Assembly (NCBI GenBank): GCA_965203905.1
Contig: CBDBDQ010000005.1
Location: 5,856,001 to 5,920,000, forward strand
DNA from: Spirochaetia bacterium
GTDB lineage: Bacteria; Spirochaetota; Spirochaetia; SZUA-6; Bin103
Direction: 5' to 3'
Length of the DNA: 64,000 nt
Shown here: positions 58,373 through 64,000 of the stretch, piece by piece
Position numbering within the stretch: position 1 is the stretch's first letter
How the letters are laid out: every line of letters begins with the position of its first letter
The notes under the pieces: model-generated
Seen by the model: the letters and a program-made list of their open reading frames with translations, nothing else
Told to the model about the DNA's origin: nothing
The model's database searches: none
Position numbers and translations under genes: made by a program

Positions 58373-59218
58373 CTACCCCCAGGGTTCTTCGGTGCCCGTC
58401 TGCCGCCACAGGCGTTGCAGATAGGCGCTGCTGCGCTCCAGGTTGTGCCACAGCCGCTCGTGGCCGGCCATCTCGAACAGCGCCTGGCCGAACAGGCGAC
58501 GTGCGACGACTGCCGGGATCAGCCGGGGCCAGTCGACGTCGCCGGCATCGACCACGGGCTGGAGGCGGCCGTCGCAGCGCTGCTTGAAGTGCAGCATGCC
58601 GACCTGCTCCGGCGTCAGCGAGGCGAGCACCGCCGCGGGGTCCGTGGGCTCCTGGATGAACGTGAAGTTGCACGGATCGAAGCAGATGCGCAGTCGACCG
58701 GCGGCCGCTCCGAGTTCGGTACGCGCCGCGGCGATCGCGGCCGTCAGCAGCGGCCACGGCTGCCACGCATTTTCCACCGACAGCAGCGCGTTATCGTGCG
58801 CCAGCGCCGCGGTGAGACGGGCGATGGTGCGCCCCGCGGCGGCGGGACCGCTGGCGGATAGCTGATCGGCCGTGGTGCTCAGGTCCACCAGCCGCACGTG
58901 CGGTCGATGGTGCCGCGCCACGGCGCGCGCGACCCCGACGGCCGCTTCGAAGTACCGGTGGCGCGGTCCGGTGTCGGGTTGCAGAAACGGCACCTCGTAC
59001 GCCGCCACGAAACGCATTTCCGGAAACCGCCGGGCAAGCGCTTCCAGTGCCGCCACGTCGGGCAGGTGCTCGGGCGCCGACTCGTAGCCGCCGAGAGACT
59101 TCTGGCGCAACTCGATGACCCGGTAGCCGCGCTCGGCCGCGGCGGCCACCAGATCGGCCAGGTCCGCGCCCGCCGCGAGTTGCACGCTCCATACGTTGGA
59201 CACCAGCCCCAACAGCAT
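58373..59218 (-). CDS. Xylose isomerase-like TIM barrel protein
   Basis: IELR, SVEN, CFDPCN, LHFKQ, GDVDW, LFE. Confidence 0.75.
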   Translation of the reverse strand: MLLGLVSNVWSVQLAAGADLADLVAAAAERGYRVIELRQKSLGGYESAPEHLPDVAALEALARRFPEMRFVAAYEVPFLQPDTGPRHRYFEAAVGVARAVARHHRPHVRLVDLSTTADQLSASGPAAAGRTIARLTAALAHDNALLSVENAWQPWPLLTAAIAAARTELGAAAGRLRICFDPCNFTFIQEPTDPAAVLASLTPEQVGMLHFKQRCDGRLQPVVDAGDVDWPRLIPAVVARRLFGQALFEMAGHERLWHNLERSSAYLQRLWRQTGTEEPWG

Positions 59219-59301
59219 CCGTCAGGTTCCCCGGCGGACTGTAGGGCGCGAGCGCGGCGCCGTCAAACCGCGGTTGCGTCGCGTCGTTCGGCAGTAACAA
59301 A

Positions 59302-60669
59302 GTGAGCGCCATGCCAAAGCGCGCGGCAGACCTCCCCAACGTGGTCTACATCGACTGTCACGACCTGGGTGACTGGCTCGGCTGCTACGACCGGCCCTAC
59401 CTGGAAACACCTCACCTGGATCGGCTGGCCGCGGGCGGCGTGCGGTTCACCCGACACACGGCGACCGCGCCGATCTGCATGCCGAGCCGCGCCTCGATCT
59501 TCACCGGGCTGATGCCACACGAAGTGGGCGTCACCGGCCAGGAGGCGCTGGAGCCCACCGCGACCTGCATGGCGGCGCGGTTCCGGGATGCCGGGTACCG
59601 CACCGTGGCATGCGGGCGCCTGATGATTCTCAATGATCCCCGGTGGGTAGGGTTCTCGGAGCAGCTTCCCGCGGACGATGGCGACAAGCCGGCTGCCGCG
59701 GCGGGCTTCATCGCCGCGGCGTGCGACGACTCCCGGCCGTTCTTTCTGTCGGTGTCGCTGCAGCAGTGTCATCGCCCGTTCGGCACGCGCCACGACCCGG
59801 CGCTGGTGGAGCGGATCGCGGTTCCCCCGTACCTGCCGGACACCATCGCCACGCGTCGCGACCTGGCCACCCTGGCATGGCAGATACGGGACATGGATGC
59901 CCGTGTCGGGCGCATCCTCTCGGCCATCGACGAAGCCGGACTGCGCGACTCGACGCTGGTGGTGTTCACCACCGAGCACGGACCCGCGGTGGCGCGGGCC
60001 AAGCACACCACCTACGACTCCGGGCTGCGCAGCGCGCTGCTGCTGCGCCTGCCCGGCGTGATTCGCTCCGGAAGCGCCGTCGAACACCTGTCCAGCAGCC
60101 TCGACCTGCTGCCTGCCGTAACCGACCTGTGCGACCTGCCGGCGCCGGCCGCCATCCACGGCGTGAGCTGGGCGCCCTACCTGGCCGGCAGGCACGCCGC
60201 CGCCCCCCGCGAGTGGGCGTTCAGCGAATTCAACTGGGGCCGCCGCAGTGGCCGCTGGTACTACACTCCGAGCCGCGCCATCCGCGGCGTACGATACAAG
60301 CTGCTGCGCAGCTACCGGCGGGTTCCGATCTACGTGGACAACGGCTGGCTGGCGCGCTACGCCGGTGACCGGGCCACGGTCGAACGTTGGTATGGCACGC
60401 CGCTGCCGGAGACCCAGCTTTTCGACCTGCAGGCGGATCCGTACGAACTGCACAACCTGGCCGGAAATCCCGCGTTCGCCTCGATCCGGGCCGAGCTGGA
60501 TCGGCGGCTGGACCACCACCTGCGCGCCACGGCCGACCCCATCCTGCACGGCCCGGTACCCAACCGTGCCGGCGAACCGGAGGTGGCACAGTGGCAGGAA
60601 CAGCCGGATGGCAGCTTCTGTCTTGCACCTGACGACCCCGCGGATCCCGGCGAGATCTCTTTCACCTGA
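59302..60669 (+). CDS. Sulfatase (sulfamidase-like)
   Basis: PNVVYIDCHDLG, CMPSRASIFTG, PPYLPD, TEHG...RAK, LFDLQADPYE. Confidence 0.88.
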   Translation: MSAMPKRAADLPNVVYIDCHDLGDWLGCYDRPYLETPHLDRLAAGGVRFTRHTATAPICMPSRASIFTGLMPHEVGVTGQEALEPTATCMAARFRDAGYRTVACGRLMILNDPRWVGFSEQLPADDGDKPAAAAGFIAAACDDSRPFFLSVSLQQCHRPFGTRHDPALVERIAVPPYLPDTIATRRDLATLAWQIRDMDARVGRILSAIDEAGLRDSTLVVFTTEHGPAVARAKHTTYDSGLRSALLLRLPGVIRSGSAVEHLSSSLDLLPAVTDLCDLPAPAAIHGVSWAPYLAGRHAAAPREWAFSEFNWGRRSGRWYYTPSRAIRGVRYKLLRSYRRVPIYVDNGWLARYAGDRATVERWYGTPLPETQLFDLQADPYELHNLAGNPAFASIRAELDRRLDHHLRATADPILHGPVPNRAGEPEVAQWQEQPDGSFCLAPDDPADPGEISFT

Positions 60670-60722
60670 CGTGCCGCAAGGTCACGGTTCACCTTGAGAA
60701 CGAAGCGCAGTACGCTCGCGAC

Positions 60723-61556
60723 ATGAGCAGCGCTCCGTTCGTTACCCGTCTGCGCTTTCCGCTGGACGCCGCCGAGGTCGAGGCCTACCACCGCGACGGC
60801 GTGCTGGGACCGTTCCAACTGGTCCCGCCCGAGCAGATGGCACCGTTGCGGCAGCAGATTCTGCGTGAGGTCATCGCGCCGGCGGAGCGGGGGGATGCCG
60901 ACCTGCACTACCACGACCGCCACCTCGACCACCGCGTGGTGTGCCGCCTGTGCCGTGGGCCGGAGCTGGTGGATCGGATCGCCTCGCTGCTCGGGCCCGA
61001 CCTGATGATCTGGCGCAGCAACTTCCAGGTGAAGTACCCGGCCGCCGAGGCTGCCGGCGGCGACAAGGGCCCCGTCGACGTGCCGTGGCACCAGGACGGG
61101 GCCTACTTCGGCCTGCAGCCGCTGGTCCTGGTGTCGGCCTGGATCGCGATCACCGAGGCCACCGCCGACAACGGCTGCCTGCGCGTGGTTCGCGGCTCGC
61201 ACACCACCACCTTCGCACACCGGAACGACTCGGAGCGCACCACCTTCGGCCGCTCGGTGCCACAGGACGCCATCGACCCTGCCGCGGTGCGCACGCTGGA
61301 GCTGCGCCCCGGCGAGTTCGTGCTGTTCAACGAGAACACGCTGCACGCCTCCGAGCCCAACCGCACCTCCACGCCCCGCATCGGCCTGACGCCGCGCGTA
61401 TCGGTGCCGTTCGTGCGCGTCACCGGCAACCCGCGCGGCGCCGGCCGCGACCGCGCGCGCCACGCTCCCGACGAGCCGCGGGAGGTGGCGATGCTGCGCG
61501 GCCACGACTACACCGGCCGCCAGTGCGTGGTCCCGCTGCCCTGCCCCGCCGGATAG
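60723..61556 (+). CDS. Phytanoyl-CoA dioxygenase (PhyH) family protein
   Basis: WHQD, NGCL..GSH, LHAS.PN....R. Confidence 0.9.
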   Translation: MSSAPFVTRLRFPLDAAEVEAYHRDGVLGPFQLVPPEQMAPLRQQILREVIAPAERGDADLHYHDRHLDHRVVCRLCRGPELVDRIASLLGPDLMIWRSNFQVKYPAAEAAGGDKGPVDVPWHQDGAYFGLQPLVLVSAWIAITEATADNGCLRVVRGSHTTTFAHRNDSERTTFGRSVPQDAIDPAAVRTLELRPGEFVLFNENTLHASEPNRTSTPRIGLTPRVSVPFVRVTGNPRGAGRDRARHAPDEPREVAMLRGHDYTGRQCVVPLPCPAG

Positions 61557-61571
61557 CCCCACCCGGCCAAG

Positions 61572-62300
61572 CTACGCCGAGCGCAGAATCGCGAAGTCGC
61601 TGTCCTTGGCGCTGACCGCGCTGGCCTCCTGGTAGGTGAGAATGAAGGCGCGCCGGTGCCCGGCGGTGTGGTTGCCGAGCGAGGAATGGAACAGCTTGTT
61701 GGAGAACAGCACCGCGGTGCCGGCCGGCACTTCGCAGTACACGGTGCCCTTCAGTTCGCGTTCTCCCGGCAGAAAGCTCAGGCGGCAGGCGCCGTGGTCG
61801 CGCGAGGATCGTGGCTGGTGCGGGATGATGTGGCGCCGGTGGCTGCCGGGCACCACGCGCAGGCAGCCGTTGGCGCGACAGGTGTCCTGCAGCGGCAGCC
61901 AGATCGACATGCGCCGCTCGCAATCTCCGTAGATGTGCCAGTACGCCTCGTCCTGGTGCCAGTGGCAGACGTTGCGCGGCTCGTACGGCCCCTTGCTGAT
62001 CAGCTTGGCCGAGAACACCGCGACGCCCGGATACACCAGGTCCTCGATCAGGCTCAGCATCCGCGGGTCGGCCGCCAGTTCGCGCGAACGATCCGAGTCG
62101 GTACCCAGCCGGTGAATCTGGTTGCGCCGCTGCTCGTCGGCGGCGATTTCCGGATCGGCCAGGCGTTCGCGGTACTGGCGCTCGAACTCGGCGTCGAGCT
62201 CGGCCAGCTCCGCGCGCGGCAGCGCATCGGGCGCCAACAGGTAGCCGTCGCGCGCAAACGCGGCTCGCTGCTCCTCGGTAAGACGGTTCACGAGCAGCAC
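61572..62300 (-). CDS. PhyH family dioxygenase
   Basis: WHQDEAYW, NGCLRVVPGSH, FHSSLGN...RR. Confidence 0.9.
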   Translation of the reverse strand: MLLVNRLTEEQRAAFARDGYLLAPDALPRAELAELDAEFERQYRERLADPEIAADEQRRNQIHRLGTDSDRSRELAADPRMLSLIEDLVYPGVAVFSAKLISKGPYEPRNVCHWHQDEAYWHIYGDCERRMSIWLPLQDTCRANGCLRVVPGSHRRHIIPHQPRSSRDHGACRLSFLPGERELKGTVYCEVPAGTAVLFSNKLFHSSLGNHTAGHRRAFILTYQEASAVSAKDSDFAILRSA

Positions 62301-62307
62301 GCCAAGG

Positions 62308-62934
62308 TCAGACCTGGGCGGAGTCGAAGATGGCCGCAACGTCAGCGGAGAATCCCTGCAACAGGTGGGAGGCCGCGCGCGTCCCCCGCCGATAGGTGCC
62401 GTGCTTCCGGTACTCGTCGCCGGCCAGCACCAGCACCGTCACCGTCGCGGTGTCAGGGTCGACGAGCCAGTATTCGGGAATGCGCGCCGCAGCGTAGTCG
62501 CGGCGCTTGTCGAACCGGTCGCGCTCAGGCCGGTCCGGACCCACCACCTCGACCACCAGATCGGCGCCGGTCCAGAAGCGGTTGCCGCGACGGGGGTCCG
62601 CCGCGTCGCGCACCAGCAGCAGGTCCGGCTCGCGAAACGCGTCGGTGCGCACCCTGAGGCGCAAGGGCGCGTACAGCACCTTGCCGCCGCGAGTCTGCAG
62701 ATGTGCGAGCAACTGGCCGTAGAGATGGGCCGAGATGCACTGATGTTCCTCAGTCGGCATCGGCAGGACCTCGATGCAGCCGTCGGTCAACTCCAGCAGG
62801 CGATGGCCGTGATCGGTCAGCCACAGGTACTCAGCCTCTTGCCACCAACCTTGCCGCGGGAGCGTGTCGAGCACGAACGAGTCGACCGCTTCCTGCGCCG
62901 GAGGCGTGGTCGCGGGGTCTGTTCGGGTCGCCAT
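62308..62934 (-). CDS. Uma2 family endonuclease
   Basis: ELTDG, REPDL, DLVVEV, KRRDYAAARIPEYWLVDP. Confidence 0.9.
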   Translation of the reverse strand: MATRTDPATTPPAQEAVDSFVLDTLPRQGWWQEAEYLWLTDHGHRLLELTDGCIEVLPMPTEEHQCISAHLYGQLLAHLQTRGGKVLYAPLRLRVRTDAFREPDLLLVRDAADPRRGNRFWTGADLVVEVVGPDRPERDRFDKRRDYAAARIPEYWLVDPDTATVTVLVLAGDEYRKHGTYRRGTRAASHLLQGFSADVAAIFDSAQV

Positions 62935-62945
62935 GGGAACGCGGC

Positions 62946-63848
62946 TTAGCGCCCCACCTCCTGCCGTTGCCGCAGCGTTGCCGCCTCCCACTCCTCCCAG
63001 GTCGGCAGTGGCGCGGCGCTGAGCACCGGCAATGGTACGCGACCATTTCCCCGCTGGCGCCCGCGAAGCTCCTCGATCGCCTCGCGGGAACTCCCGCTGA
63101 GCACCTCGGGCGGCGCGTGGTAGCGGAAGTCGACGCTCCAGCGCGAGGAGTCGGTGTGATTCATCTTGCTGGTGTGGAAGGTGAGGTTGGTCAGGAACAG
63201 GACATCGCCGGCGGCCATCTCGAGGGGAGTCGGCGTGCCGCGCTGCTCGATCTCCTCGGTGGTGCGCACGTTCATGTCCTCGCCGCGCCCGGCGTCGATC
63301 AACCCCCAACGGTGGCTGCCGGGCAGCACCCATATACAGCCGTTGTCGACCGTGGCGTCCACCAGCGGCACCCACACCGTGACGATGTGGCTGGCCTCGG
63401 AGTAGCCCACCTTCTGGCCCGGACGCGGTTCGTTGTAGTAGTGGCTGTCCTGGTGCCACGGGAAGGCGGTGATCTCCGCCTCCGGAATCTTGGTGCGAAT
63501 GTTCAGGCCGCCCAGCTCGACCACCTCGGGGCCGAGCACGGCGCCGAGCACCCGCAGGATGCCGGGGTGCTTGAACAGGTCGTAGAACACCCTGCCAAAG
63601 CTGGCACCGATCCAGCCGCGCGGCGAGAACTCCATCTCGCGGCAGATGGTTGCAAAGCGGCGCTGGAACGGCAGCTCCTCGTAAGGTGAGGAGATCTTGC
63701 CCTCGGCGTGCAGTCCGGCAGCGTACTCGTCCACTTGCGCGGCGAGGAACTCGCGCACCGGGTCGAGCTCCGCCGGAGCCAGGATGCCGCGCTCCACCAG
63801 GTAACCGTCGCGCTCGTAAGCGGCGCGAATCGCTGAGTCGTCACTCAT
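62946..63848 (-). CDS. PhyH family dioxygenase
   Basis: WHQDSHY, NGCIWVLPGSH, FHTS...RWSVDFRY; TTGCGC-N17-TACAGT-N7-ATG upstream. Confidence 0.9.
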   Translation of the reverse strand: MSDDSAIRAAYERDGYLVERGILAPAELDPVREFLAAQVDEYAAGLHAEGKISSPYEELPFQRRFATICREMEFSPRGWIGASFGRVFYDLFKHPGILRVLGAVLGPEVVELGGLNIRTKIPEAEITAFPWHQDSHYYNEPRPGQKVGYSEASHIVTVWVPLVDATVDNGCIWVLPGSHRWGLIDAGRGEDMNVRTTEEIEQRGTPTPLEMAAGDVLFLTNLTFHTSKMNHTDSSRWSVDFRYHAPPEVLSGSSREAIEELRGRQRGNGRVPLPVLSAAPLPTWEEWEAATLRQRQEVGR

Positions 63849-63948
63849 GGCTGTCACTGTACGCTCCGTGGAGCGGCGGCGCAACGCCACGAACGTGCCC
63901 CTTTTCAGCACACGGCGAACGTGATGCTCCCGCGCTGATTCGTAGCGC

Positions 63949-64000
63949 TTACTCCTGGTCCTCCTGGCGATAGAACCTCGAGTAGTAGCCGCCGTAGGTC
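63949..64000 (-). CDS. C-terminal end of a gene entering from beyond the window
   Basis: Reads ...TYGGYYSRFYRQEDQE* with GC3-rich codons. Confidence 0.35.
   Translation of the reverse strand, partial: TYGGYYSRFYRQEDQE

Noticed and set aside
60723-63848. PhyH proteins as Fe/2OG halogenases
   Set aside because: All three keep the HxD facial triad (WHQD); halogenases have HxA/G.

Overview
High-GC (about 70%) bacterial chromosomal window dominated by catabolic and transport genes: three sugar/peptide ABC operons, GH32, GH95, a BNR/sialidase-like protein, two sulfatases, three PhyH dioxygenases, tandem FAD oxidoreductases, hydantoinase A/B, and a metal-handling cluster (YcgR/YcgQ-like permease, ferritin, FbpBC). 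Small accessory modules are scattered between them: an intact ISAzo13 element, parDE, an Rpn-like nuclease, an AAA/DUF4143 ATPase, a Uma2 nuclease, a low-GC methyltransferase and several deletion-scarred pseudogenes. Gene content and binding-protein N-termini suggest a host-associated (e.g. sponge) Spirochaetota-like organism; this is inference. Three observations stand out. (1) A 2.45-kb integrase-less island is bounded by a perfect 17-bp direct repeat inside the 5' end of oppF; it splits an opp operon yet leaves oppF with a new start codon and a candidate promoter, and carries a toxin-like gene paired with an IrrE/ImmA-like protein lacking HExxH. (2) A low-GC two-gene module pairs a putative ART-fold toxin with a multi-domain partner. 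(3) Many genes show a leaderless-type TAnnnT-N6/7-start signature. No rRNA, tRNA or CRISPR array was seen. All family calls come from motif recognition by eye; no searches were run.
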